Positions 39,627 through 48,260 of a stretch of DNA of 64,000 nucleotides are shown in pieces. The notes beneath the pieces are model-generated. The model saw only the letters and a program-made list of their open reading frames with translations. It made no database searches and had not been told where the DNA came from. Source of the DNA: an uncultured delta proteobacterium (GTDB taxonomy: Bacteria > Myxococcota > Myxococcia > Myxococcales > Myxococcaceae). The stretch is taken from assembly GCA_963713045.1 (NCBI GenBank), contig CAVQKE010000003.1, positions 544,001 to 608,000 of the forward strand. The letters are read 5' to 3'. Made by a program: the position numbers and the translations under genes. Every line of letters starts with the position of its first letter. Position 1 is the first letter of the stretch.

Positions 39627-40220
39627 GTGAACGCGGTTGTTTACCTGGTGCCGAACCATTGGCTCATCGAGTCGCCGCGCCTGCTTCGCTGGACGTTCTT
39701 CGATGCGGCGGTGCCATTCGTCCCAGCCACCGTGTGGATTTACTTCTCCGACTACCTCCTGGTCGCGAGTGCGTTTCTACTGTGTGCCAGCTGGACTCAG
39801 GTGAAGCGCTTCGTCCGGGCCTACTTCGTGCTCCTCGTCACGGGCTCCGCCGTCCACCTCCTATGGCCAACTACGTTCCCGCGCGACGCCTTCCCCATTG
39901 GGGGTGCGGGCATCACTGTCTCCGCCCTCAGGTTTCTGCGCCACGTCGACCTTCCGACCAGCTGCCTGCCGAGCATGCACGTGGCGAGTTCCTACCTGGC
40001 GGCGTTCTCGCTGTGGCGGCACCCGCCGCGACTGTTCGCCGTATGGCTGTCCTGGGCGACAGCCGTCGCCGTCTCGACGCTGACGGCCAAGCAGCACTAC
40101 GTCATCGACGTGCTCACCGGGTTAGGGATGGCGGGAGCCTTCTGGGCGCTGTTTTTTTGGCTGCCCGACGTTCGCAGTCGTCATGCAAGCGGGTGGACGG
40201 TAGCCTCGAGCAGCCGGTGA
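39627..40220 (+). CDS. PAP2-family membrane phosphatase/phosphotransferase
   Basis: FDAAVPFVP..VWIY, WPTTFPR, DLPTSCLPSMHVA, STLTAKQHYVIDVLTG; the frame is open about 22 codons further upstream, so start uncertain. Confidence 0.85.
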   Translation: MNAVVYLVPNHWLIESPRLLRWTFFDAAVPFVPATVWIYFSDYLLVASAFLLCASWTQVKRFVRAYFVLLVTGSAVHLLWPTTFPRDAFPIGGAGITVSALRFLRHVDLPTSCLPSMHVASSYLAAFSLWRHPPRLFAVWLSWATAVAVSTLTAKQHYVIDVLTGLGMAGAFWALFFWLPDVRSRHASGWTVASSSR

Positions 40221-41029
40221 GTGTCGATGTCCAACTGCCAGAAGCCGGCGGCTGCGCCTTCGGTGGAGCTTCCGCCACCGAAGGTGTGAGGAGCGCCAGC
40301 ACGCGCCCGGTGCCAGTAGCGATGGTGGGAGTGACCGTGCGCTACGACGACCTCACGCCCATGCAAAACGCGCGAGAACTGGGTTGCGTCCAGAAGCCCT
40401 GACTCTCGCCAGTCGAATTTGCCTGAAGGACCGGCCAGTCCGTGGTGCGTCAGTACCACCACGGTGCGTCCTGCAAGACGCGGGTCGTCGAGGACACGCG
40501 TGAGCCTGCCGAGCTGCTGCTGACCTAGCCTCCCGACGAAGTAGTGCCCCCAGCCGTTAACGCGAGTGCTATCGAGTCCGACGAGCGCCAAGCGCTTGCC
40601 CACGAGCTTCACGAAGGGGTAGCCCCGTGCGTCGGCGTGCTCAGGTAGCTCAGTCTTCAATTCGCTAGCGAACGTGCGCTCGAAGACGCGCGAACCTGGC
40701 GCATCCGTGTACCGGTCGTGGTTCCCCGGGATGACGGTGAGACGGCCCTCCACGAGGAGGGGTGCGAAAAGCGAACGGACGTGGGCGAACTCGACCTCGT
40801 CTCCGAGGGCCGTGAGGTCTCCCGTCAGCAGCACATGGTGCGGCTCGCGTCCGAGGGCCTTGTCGATGAGATGACGGATGCGGTCATGGACGCCGTGGAA
40901 GCGCCTCAGCCGTCCGAGCGCATGCAATTCGAAGCGCCCGGGCGCCCCACGCCAGCCGGAACTCGAGAGCGAGCGCTGCCTCCAGTCGATTTGCAGATGA
41001 ATGTCGCTGAGGTGCACGAGGCGAGTCAT
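40181..41029 (-). CDS. Metallophosphoesterase (calcineurin-like, CpdA-type)
   Basis: HLSDIH, TGDLT, IPGNHD, THH, HGHSH. Confidence 0.9.
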   Translation of the reverse strand: MTRLVHLSDIHLQIDWRQRSLSSSGWRGAPGRFELHALGRLRRFHGVHDRIRHLIDKALGREPHHVLLTGDLTALGDEVEFAHVRSLFAPLLVEGRLTVIPGNHDRYTDAPGSRVFERTFASELKTELPEHADARGYPFVKLVGKRLALVGLDSTRVNGWGHYFVGRLGQQQLGRLTRVLDDPRLAGRTVVVLTHHGLAGPSGKFDWRESGLLDATQFSRVLHGREVVVAHGHSHHRYWHRARAGAPHTFGGGSSTEGAAAGFWQLDIDTHRLLEATVHPLA

Positions 41030-41171
41030 GGGGTTTCCTGACCATGCCCGTTGGCAGCTTCCGTCTGCAAGCAGCCGAGACGATGGACGCCATAGACGCC
41101 CCTGGACGCGAAGCATCGGGACCACCGCGGGACCCGGAGCGGACGAACGGGGGCTGCTGGTCTTGGCGGCT

Positions 41172-41288
41172 GAGCCGCTCCTGTCCATCCGGGAAGTCGC
41201 CGCCAGGCTGAACCTGTGCACGGCGACCGTCTGTGACCTCTGCGACCGCGGAGAGCTTGGCTAGGTGCGTGGGAGCGGTTCCATTCAT
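41172..41288 (+). pseudogene. Excisionase-like HTH (HTH_17/MerR-like) relic
   Basis: EPLLSIREVAARLNLCTATVCDLCDRGELG*VRGSGSIH; the stop interrupts the GELxHVR-type motif. Confidence 0.6.
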
Positions 41289-41384
41289 ATGCGTAGACAG
41301 GACTGCAGGCCGAATCCGAGGCACGAGGTGCGCGAGGCACAAGCTGGAAGCCCCAAAACTGCGGACGGTGTACGGTCCGGGGAC

Positions 41385-42281
41385 ATGGGGAACCTGCCGC
41401 TGGTCAAGAAGAGGGGCCTCTCGTCTTTTCGAAAAATCGCGCTCGGAACGTGGCGAACGGCCTACGACCCTTCGGTCTACGGAACGATCATCCTGCGGAT
41501 GGACAAGGCGCACGATTACATCGCGCGGTTTCGTGCGCGGACCGGTCGGAGGCTCACCGTCAGCCACCTAATGGCCAAGGCATCCGCGATGGCGCTCGAG
41601 CAGTGCCCCGAGGCGAACGCCATCCTCCGCTGGAACCGCATCTACCTGCGGCAGCGCATCGGCGTGTTCTTCCAGGTACTGATGACCGACGAAGGCGAGG
41701 ACAAAGTCGATCTCTCCGGCGCAACGCTCTACGACCTCGAGCGCAAGACGCTGTTGGAGATCGTCGACGAGTTCGAGACGAAGGTGAACCTGGTGCGGCT
41801 CCGAAAGGACCCCGCGCTCGAGAAGACACGCGCAACGTTCCAGAATATTCCTTATCTGCTCCTCCGGCCGTTCCTCAAAGTGCTTTCCTTCTTCAGCTTC
41901 ACGCTCAACCTGGATCTCCATGCGCTCGGAATCGCTTCGGATCCGTTCGGCAGCTTGATGATTACCAACGTCGGCAGCCTGGGACTCGATACTGCCTACG
42001 CACCTCTCGTGCCATTCTCACGAGTGCCCATCCTCTTCGCGATCGGCGAGGTGATGGAGCACCCGCTGGTGGAGAATGGACGCGTGATTGTGGGGAGGAC
42101 CATGAGCGTGAACGCCACGCTCGATCACCGGGTCATCGACGGCTTCCACGCCTCCGCCATCGCCAAGGTCCTACGAGAGTGGATGGAGAATCCTGACGAA
42201 CATTTCAATCTGCTGGGAAATGGAATGGACGCCCATGGCATTGCTCTTCCCGAGGCTGGGCATGCCCTCGCACCCAGGTAG
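41385..42281 (+). CDS. 2-oxoacid dehydrogenase E2-type acyltransferase, catalytic domain only
   Basis: SSFRKIA, PEANA, FGSLMITNVGSLG, TLDHRVIDG catalytic motif; no lipoyl or E3-binding domain. Confidence 0.88.
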   Translation: MGNLPLVKKRGLSSFRKIALGTWRTAYDPSVYGTIILRMDKAHDYIARFRARTGRRLTVSHLMAKASAMALEQCPEANAILRWNRIYLRQRIGVFFQVLMTDEGEDKVDLSGATLYDLERKTLLEIVDEFETKVNLVRLRKDPALEKTRATFQNIPYLLLRPFLKVLSFFSFTLNLDLHALGIASDPFGSLMITNVGSLGLDTAYAPLVPFSRVPILFAIGEVMEHPLVENGRVIVGRTMSVNATLDHRVIDGFHASAIAKVLREWMENPDEHFNLLGNGMDAHGIALPEAGHALAPR

Positions 42282-42538
42282 AACCTGCTCGACAGTCAAC
42301 GCGGCGTCGAACCGCGAAGGATTTCAACGCCCCGCCGCCTAGATGCTTCACCCGGGTGCGGCAATTCCGACCCAGAAGGATTTCTCCGAGATGGCTTTCG
42401 TTAGCAATCAGACCCAGACGCGTCAGCAACTGTCGACTCGTCCGCTCCCTCGACGCGCTTCCTGAATCGACGTTCCTTAAGTTTCTTAATCAAGAGAGGT
42501 TGATCATTTCCCTAGTCTACAGCTTGTCCGGTAATTCT

Positions 42539-43101
42539 GGGGGGTGTCCCCGCTGAGCAGGAGCGCTGCGGGGTGAAATCCCGCAGCAAGATCGATCAGT
42601 TGGCCAGGGGGATCGACAACTTTCGTCGGCTGTGTCACCAGCGTCCGTGGTGACCCAACAGGAGAGGTCGCATGGCCAAGAAGCTCGGCGGCGGCAGCCG
42701 ACAAGCGGAGCTGTTCGCGCGCTCAAAACGTCCCACCATTCCAATCGAGGAGAACCACCGGTTGGTGTTGCTGGCCGACCAAATCGACTGGACCGAGCTG
42801 CTGGACCTGGTCGAGGGAATTCGGCTGAGCAAGGTGAAGAATTCAGCGGGCCGACCGCCGCACCTACGCGCACTGTTGGGGGCTTTAGTCCTGAAAGCCA
42901 CGCGCCAAATGACGTTGCGCGAAGCGGAAGACCTCATCCGTCACTACGCGCCGGCTCGCTACCTGTGCGGCCTTACCGAGACAGAGTGGTCACCGGACCA
43001 CAACACGCTCCACGACTTCGAGGTGCTGATGGGGGGAGGACGGAACGCGCCTCGTCAACGAGTACGCAGTGAAATGGGCCGTGGCGGAGAAGCTTGCAGA
43101 C
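42539..43101 (+). mobile_element. Truncated IS element (IS5/IS1182-like, DUF772-type transposase N-terminus)
   Basis: CDS from 42672 after GGAGAGG: ENHRLVLLADQIDW..GRPP..R..YLCGL..PDHNTLHDF; +1 frameshift in the G run at 43031-43036; continues EDGTRLVNEYAVKWA, then breaks. Possible left end GGGGGGTGTCCCCGCT at 42539. Confidence 0.75.
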
Positions 43102-43673
43102 TCGAGCTTGGCGGCGATGGCGAGCGGCGTTTCCCCGGTGAAGGGCAGCTCCCCAGTCACCATCTCATAGAGGACAACGCCCAGAGCGTAGATGTCCGTG
43201 GCCGGCGTCACTGCGTTGCCGCTCACTTGTTCAGGCGCCATGTACTCGGGTGTCCCAAGCGCGCTCGCACCGCCCGTCAGCCGCTCTGCTCCCGTCTCAG
43301 TGCCACTGGCCTGCACCGCGCGCGCAATGCCGAAGTCCGTAATGGCGACGCGCATCGGGGTCGCCGAGGCTTCCGCGGGCCCTCCACGACGCGGCACCAG
43401 CATGACGTTTCCGCTCTTGAAGTCGCGGTGGATGACGCCCTCGGCATGCGCCGCAGCGAGCCCCTCGCACAGCTGCCGCACCAGGGGGAGCGCCTCGGTT
43501 GTCGTCAGACGACCCTGTCGGGAAATGCGCTGGGTCAGCGTTTCCCCTTCCAGGAGCTCCATCGTGAGGAAGTGGATTGGCACTCCGGCCCTGGTCGTCG
43601 CGTCGTAGAGCTCGTACACGCGGCACACATTGCGGTGGCTCACCCCGCGGGCAAGCAATACCTCACGCCTGGC
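43100..43673 (-). pseudogene. Hanks-type Ser/Thr protein kinase, internal fragment
   Basis: RREVLLAR.VSHRNVCRVYEL, HRDFKSGNVML, ITDFGIARA, GTPEYMAPEQ, DIYALGVVLYEM; lacks the Gly-rich loop, the VAIK lysine and the C-terminus. Confidence 0.85.
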
Positions 43674-43725
43674 CGACTGGGCGGTCCGCGCCCCGTCCGA
43701 ACCGAAGCACTCCGAGGGCTTGTAC

Positions 43726-43772
43726 GAGCGGGCGAGACTGGACTCGAACCAGTGCCCTTCGGCTCCGGAGGC
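43726..43772 (-). repeat. tRNA-Arg(CCG) 3'-half duplicate (att-like direct repeat)
   Basis: GC-CTCCGGA-GCCGA AGGGC ACTGG-TTCGAGT-CCAGT CTCGCCC G; 39/47 identical to 45053-45099. Confidence 0.8.
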
Positions 43773-43978
43773 AGCCCCATCGACTGTCCACCATCGTCCG
43801 CACTCGTCCAACCATTCACAAGTACAGGGAGTGGGGCAGGGCCCCCCGGACAACTGGACGCCCAAAGACTCCTCGGACGACGTTTCTGTTCACCCGGTGT
43901 TCACCCCGGTCCGGCGGCCCGGCCGACGGCGGTGCTGAACGGAAGGGGAGGGGCCGCCGCTGCTCTATTTCGGACGGT

Positions 43979-44035
43979 CCGCTCGCGCTTCTGAGCGTTC
44001 GCGAAGCTGCGCAGCTGCTGCGCGTGGCCCCTGAG
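43979..44035 (+). pseudogene. Second excisionase-like HTH relic
   Basis: PLALLSVREAAQLLRVAPE, similar to the start of the 41172 relic; short. Confidence 0.4.
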
Positions 44036-44066
44036 GCCTGCCGCGGCGTCGCAAGACCGAGAGCGT

Positions 44067-44583
44067 TCAGAGTGACTCTTTCCTTTTCGACTCGAGAGGC
44101 TTAGTCACCTTCGCCCTCTCAAGACGGGCAACTGCTTCGGTGGCCCTGGCCGCTTTCAAGAGCGCGTCCCAGTCATCTGGCGGGTCGCCTTTGTCGAGCA
44201 TCTTTCTTGAACACTGCGTACGCGTCGGCCCTGGAACCGTAGGCGCGCAGGGTGGTCGAGTCGTTCACCCAAGCGTAGATGACCACCCTGGCCTTCGAAT
44301 CGAACCGGAAAAAGAGCCGGAACCGCTGTCCACCGAACTTCGCTCGAAACCAGTGCTTCCGGTCTGCGCCCAAAGTGGCCCCCTGCCGGTGTTCCGGCCG
44401 GCCGGGATTGGCCGGGATGGTAGCGAACATCAGGTCGTTGAGGGCCGCCAGCACCTTGAAGCTCGCGCTGCTCTGATAGTCTTTCGGCTTCTTCGCTTTC
44501 TCCTTCTCGACCGCGCCCATCAGCTTTTCGAGTTGGTCGAGGAGGAGGGGATGAGCGAAGAGCTCCCAGCCGTTGACCTGCAT
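44067..44583 (-). pseudogene. yhaV: YhaV-family ribonuclease toxin, frameshifted near the 3' end
   Basis: NGWELFAHP, RQGATLG..KHWFRAKF..QRFRLFFRF..YAWVND..TLRAYGS..DAY.VF; one extra A at 44203-44205 moves MLDKGDPPDDWDALL out of frame. Confidence 0.85.
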
Positions 44584-44586
44584 CGG

Positions 44587-44910
44587 TCAAAGGGCGACGT
44601 CGCCGTCGATAGGCGCGTCAAGATCGACCTTCTTGCCCTTAAGAAGGTTTGCCATACGCGACGCGAAGTTCTTAGACAGTGCCTTCACCGAGTTTGGATG
44701 CTGCGCGATGTCCTTGGCGATGAACTCAAGGAACTTTCCGACCACGGGGTCCTCGTGGACTGCGCCAGCGGGCACGACCGTCACCTGCTGCCCATTAACG
44801 CGAAAAGCAATCTGGTCGCCAACGTCGACGCCCAGTACCTGGCGAACAGCCTTCGGAACAGTCGTCTGGCCTTTGGCGGTGATGGTGCTGACTTCTTCAA
44901 GGACGGGCAT
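44587..44910 (-). CDS. prlF: PrlF-family (AbrB-type) antitoxin
   Basis: STITAKGQTTVPKAVRQVLGV..GDQIAF, EDPVVGKFLEFIAKDI..HP, VDLDAPI; GGAG RBS; directly upstream of yhaV. Confidence 0.9.
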   Translation of the reverse strand: MPVLEEVSTITAKGQTTVPKAVRQVLGVDVGDQIAFRVNGQQVTVVPAGAVHEDPVVGKFLEFIAKDIAQHPNSVKALSKNFASRMANLLKGKKVDLDAPIDGDVAL

Positions 44911-44930
44911 CTGATATCTCCAAGGCCCAA

Positions 44931-44959
44931 ATGGTAAGGAATAGTCCTTACATGGTCAA
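44931..44959 (-). promoter_or_regulatory. Sigma70-type promoter of prlF-yhaV with palindromic operator
   Basis: TTGACC-N17-TACCAT on the minus strand; perfect inverted repeat GTAAGGA-N4-TCCTTAC (44934-44951) overlapping the spacer and -10. Confidence 0.75.
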
Positions 44960-45055
44960 GCGGGTCTCGCAATCGGCTCCTCAATCATGGAGAGGGCCTT
45001 CGGGCCTGGTGTTCGGTGACTCACCTCCCGAGGCGACTTGGGGTTGCTTGCGGAG

Positions 45056-45110
45056 CGCGCGATGCTGGATTCGAATCAGCGGCCTTCGGCTTCGGAGGCC
45101 GACCTCGCGC
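45056..45110 (-). pseudogene. tRNA-Arg(CCG) relic lacking the D-arm
   Basis: GCGCGAG G TCGGC-CTCCGAA-GCCGA AGGCC GCTGA-TTCGAAT-CCAGC ATCGCGC G: acceptor stem 6/7 bp, perfect anticodon stem, T stem 4/5 bp, no D-arm, no CCA. Confidence 0.75.
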
Positions 45111-45182
45111 AGACGGGCACCCCGGGGCCCCATTCTGGAAGAAGGCAACGTTGCGGCGGCCGGCAACAGCCGGTGCCCCAGC

Positions 45183-45614
45183 TTAATGCGCGTCGTCGTC
45201 GCCTGGCGGGGGCATGCCGCCGTCGCTGGTGGGCTCGTCCCGTTGGCGGGACAGCTCGGCCTCAATGACGGCAAGGAGCACACGCTCTTTCTCATGAAAG
45301 CGGGCCTTGCTCGGGTCGCCCAGGGTGCGCCGCGCACCGTTGGCGTAGAATTCCAAGTCCTGAATGCTGGCCCCGTGGATGGGAGCCCCCTTGCTTCGCC
45401 CATAGGGCGGGAAGACGGACGGGGCATCCCCGGCAGCGCTCGGCGGCGCGCGCCGGCGAGTTTCCGCTGGCTTGGCCGAGCCGCCAATTTCCATCTCCCC
45501 GAGCCGGAGGCTGAAGCCCTCTCCCTGGCGAATGGCCGTTCCGACGCGCACGTGCTCCACGCTGCCGTCGGACCGAGTCACCGCCACCGTCACTGGCAGG
45601 TCCTGGTCGCCCAT
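45183..45614 (-). CDS. Hypothetical two-domain small protein
   Basis: 143 aa with protein-like composition; beta-rich N-half, Pro/Ala linker, FPPYGRSKG.PI..DLEFY helical C-half; GGAAGGGG upstream. Confidence 0.75.
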   Translation of the reverse strand: MGDQDLPVTVAVTRSDGSVEHVRVGTAIRQGEGFSLRLGEMEIGGSAKPAETRRRAPPSAAGDAPSVFPPYGRSKGAPIHGASIQDLEFYANGARRTLGDPSKARFHEKERVLLAVIEAELSRQRDEPTSDGGMPPPGDDDAH

Positions 45615-45737
45615 GGCCTGCCCCTTCCCACCGCCGGGCGGAGGCTGTCAACCGCTGAGAAGCACGTCAAGCTTGGGACGGGTGGCGCCCGGGCCCCTTC
45701 CGACCCAACCCAAGCCCCCGGGGCGGACACGGGCCCC

Positions 45738-46994
45738 TCAGGCAGCCCGCGCCCGAACCATCGCGCCCAGCCGCTCGAGGGCTCGCTCCAACACCTCCAT
45801 CGGTGGTCCGAAGCTGAAGCGGGCATGGTTTTTAAAGCGCGACACCCGGCCCCGCCGGCGCTTGCCGGGGTTGACGTCAAAAAACTCTCCCGGCACGGTG
45901 ATGACTTGGTGTTCCAGCGCCGCGCGGAAAAGGCCCATGCCCTCCGAGAGGGGAGGCGGCAGCTCGGACAAGTCCGCCCAGACGTAAAAGGTGCCTTCCG
46001 GGGCGGGGTTGACGCGCATCCCCAATTCCCGAAGCCCCTCGAGGAGACGCTCCCGCTTGGGACGGAAGGCCGTGTGGATGGCCTGTAGCTCGCGCTCGAC
46101 GTGGGCCGGCCCGAAAAGGGCAATCGCCGCACGCTGCAGCGGCTTACTGCCCCCGCCGTCGAGGAAGGAGCCAGCGCTGGCAACGGCGTCGATGACGGAC
46201 TTGGGACCGAGCGTCCAAGTGACGCGCCAACCCGGGTAGCGCCAATTCTTGGTCAGTCCGTCGAAGAGGACCACCGGGTCTCGGTTGACGTCGCGGACGA
46301 AGGCCGCGGCGCTGCGCGCGGCGGGCGGAGTCGTCCAGACGTAGTGCGCGTAAAACTCGTCGATGAGGAGCGCGCAGTCCAGTGCGCGCGCCAGGTGCAC
46401 CCAGGCGTCGAGCGCGCCGCCACCCACCACCTTCCCGGTGGGGTTGGCCGGGTTGGACATGAGGAGGGCCGACAGACCGCGCCCAAGCACCTCCTTGCGG
46501 AGCTCCTCCACGGGAAATTCGTAGCCGCGCTCGGCGTCCAGAAGGATGGGGATGGAAATGAAGCCTTTGAAGGCGTCGAGCAACTCCTCGTAGGCCGTGT
46601 AGTCCGGCAAGAAGTGGCCCAGGTTGACGGGCGCCAGGCTGGCCGCGGCCCGGGTGAGGGCCGCTCGGCCGCCTCCGGAGACACTGACGTTTTCCGCCGA
46701 GTATTGAGATGGGAGGCCTCGACGGTAGAGGCGGTTGTAATGGGCGGCGATGGTTTCCCGCAGTTCCCACAGGCCAGCCACCGGGGCATATTCCTGGTCG
46801 GCCGGGTCAATGGACACCGTCCCCACCCGCGGCGGTGCGCCCGGCAACTCTCCGGTGTCCGGCTGGCCCTGCCCGAGGTTGCACCAGGACACGTCCTGCG
46901 GCGTGAAACCGCGCTTCTGCGCTTCGGTGGTGACGAAAATGACGCCGGTGCGAGGCACCGTGCGGAAGGCTGAAACGTCGCTCTCGCTGGACAT
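45738..46994 (-). CDS. PLP-dependent aminotransferase class I/II
   Basis: NLGQGQP, YAPVAGLWELRE, SNPANPTG, IDEFY, GLTKNWRYPGWRV, PEGTFYVW, RFSF. Confidence 0.92.
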   Translation of the reverse strand: MSSESDVSAFRTVPRTGVIFVTTEAQKRGFTPQDVSWCNLGQGQPDTGELPGAPPRVGTVSIDPADQEYAPVAGLWELRETIAAHYNRLYRRGLPSQYSAENVSVSGGGRAALTRAAASLAPVNLGHFLPDYTAYEELLDAFKGFISIPILLDAERGYEFPVEELRKEVLGRGLSALLMSNPANPTGKVVGGGALDAWVHLARALDCALLIDEFYAHYVWTTPPAARSAAAFVRDVNRDPVVLFDGLTKNWRYPGWRVTWTLGPKSVIDAVASAGSFLDGGGSKPLQRAAIALFGPAHVERELQAIHTAFRPKRERLLEGLRELGMRVNPAPEGTFYVWADLSELPPPLSEGMGLFRAALEHQVITVPGEFFDVNPGKRRRGRVSRFKNHARFSFGPPMEVLERALERLGAMVRARAA

Positions 46995-47056
46995 GCCGGG
47001 TTGGCTCCACCCTACACCAGCCAAGGCCAGGCGGCGCGCGCCTGTCCGGTTGGGCC

Positions 47057-48242
47057 TCACTGCGCCACCGCCCCGCCGCGGTCGACGCAGGCACGGAAAT
47101 GCGCATTCACCGCGCGGGCGTAGCGGGCCGTCGTGTATCTGCCCTTCAGCTTGGGGCTCGACAGCTCAACGTCCGGAAGCTCGGCTGCAGGGAGGGCCGT
47201 CCCGAAACGGGCCTGGTAGCCGGCCTGGACGGCGCGGTAGGTGGGGCTGGCGTCAAAGGCCGCCTGTTTCTCCAGGCGGACATCCCGCCGGACGTCGGCG
47301 GCGCTCAGTCCCGGCTGTCCCTTGGCAAAGGCAAAAAGCGCCCGCAGTCGAGTCGCTCTCCTCGTCGCGAGCCTCTCCGTGGACGTCGTAGGCGAGCAGG
47401 TCTCCATCGACGGCCAACGGTTGCCCGGTGAGGCGACTGAGGGCCCGCTGGACAGCGGCGTTGCGCGAGGCGTACTCGCCGGCGTTGTAGTCCGCGAAGC
47501 GAAACAACGGACGGGGGTAATGCGCTGGATATCCCCAAAGACGCTGGACGCCCCATCGCAGCCCGGCAGCCCGGGTGAAGAGGGCATCCCGGACGGCGTC
47601 AGTGTCGGCAAACTGGCCGGGGTCCTGGGTGAGGACCCAGCGGGCGCTGACCTGCATCGACCCGGCGGTGCCCACCGGATTCAAGTCCTCCAGCCGCGCC
47701 TTGCGGAAAATGCCATCCAACAGCGCGGCGGCGCGGTAGGCCACCGGGTGCTTGGCATGCGCGGCGGCCAGCATGTCCCGAAACAGCAAATCCAGGTCCC
47801 GTTCGGTGTGCAGACCCCGGAGCCGCTGGGCGAACGTCTTCGTGTCCCCCGGCTTTTTCTCGGCCAACAAACCTCGAACCGCGGACTGTCCCGGCGGCCC
47901 AAAGTTTGAGGCCATCGCGTCCAGGCGCGTCTGCACCATCTCGGCCAAGCCGGGAACCGGAGGGTCCACTTGGAAGCCGGACTCCTGTTGGAGGATGGCC
48001 ACCGCGCCGCAGACGTGCTCCAAGTCCGAGGGCACCCGGGCCGCCGCGAAGGCAGCCCGGAGGTCCCGCGCCCAGCCCTCGGCGTCGGGGAGGTCCTCCG
48101 GAAGCAGCGCCCTGACTTCGACGGCCGAGAGCGCGCGGGGCGCACGGGGAGCGACCGGGGCAGCCGTTTCCTGCTTCCGACAGCCGGAGAGTAGGCCGAG
48201 CATCAAAAGGCCAACCCTTCCAAGGCGAGTGACCCGAAGCAC
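47057..48242 (-). pseudogene. DUF1615 (YaiW-like) lipoprotein split by a frameshift near 47348
   Basis: LSGC lipobox, QESGFQVDPPVPGL, NPVGTAGSMQVS, FRFADYNAGEYASRNAA.Q..DGDLL in one frame; LRAL...LP.VELSSPKL..TTA.YA..V in the next frame. May be a sequencing indel. Confidence 0.8.
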
Positions 48243-48260
48243 GGAGTTCGCAGCCGCCCG

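Larger units (their letters stand above)
38571..45110. mobile_element. Decayed genomic island 3' of a tRNA-Arg(CCG) relic
   Basis: Duplicated tRNA 3' half, two IS fragments, two excisionase-like relics, a TA module, many gene fragments and 17 GATC sites. No integrase seen; left boundary approximate. Confidence 0.75.

Noticed and set aside
42282..42538. AT-richer stretch as ncRNA or gene remnant
   Set aside because: I could not recognise any convincing structure or protein motif; it is noted only as foreign-looking filler.
42672..43994. 440-aa ORF as a single transposase fusion protein
   Set aside because: It is a transposase fragment that frameshifts into the antisense of a kinase fragment and of the tRNA relic (TGLEPVPFGSGG is antisense tRNA).
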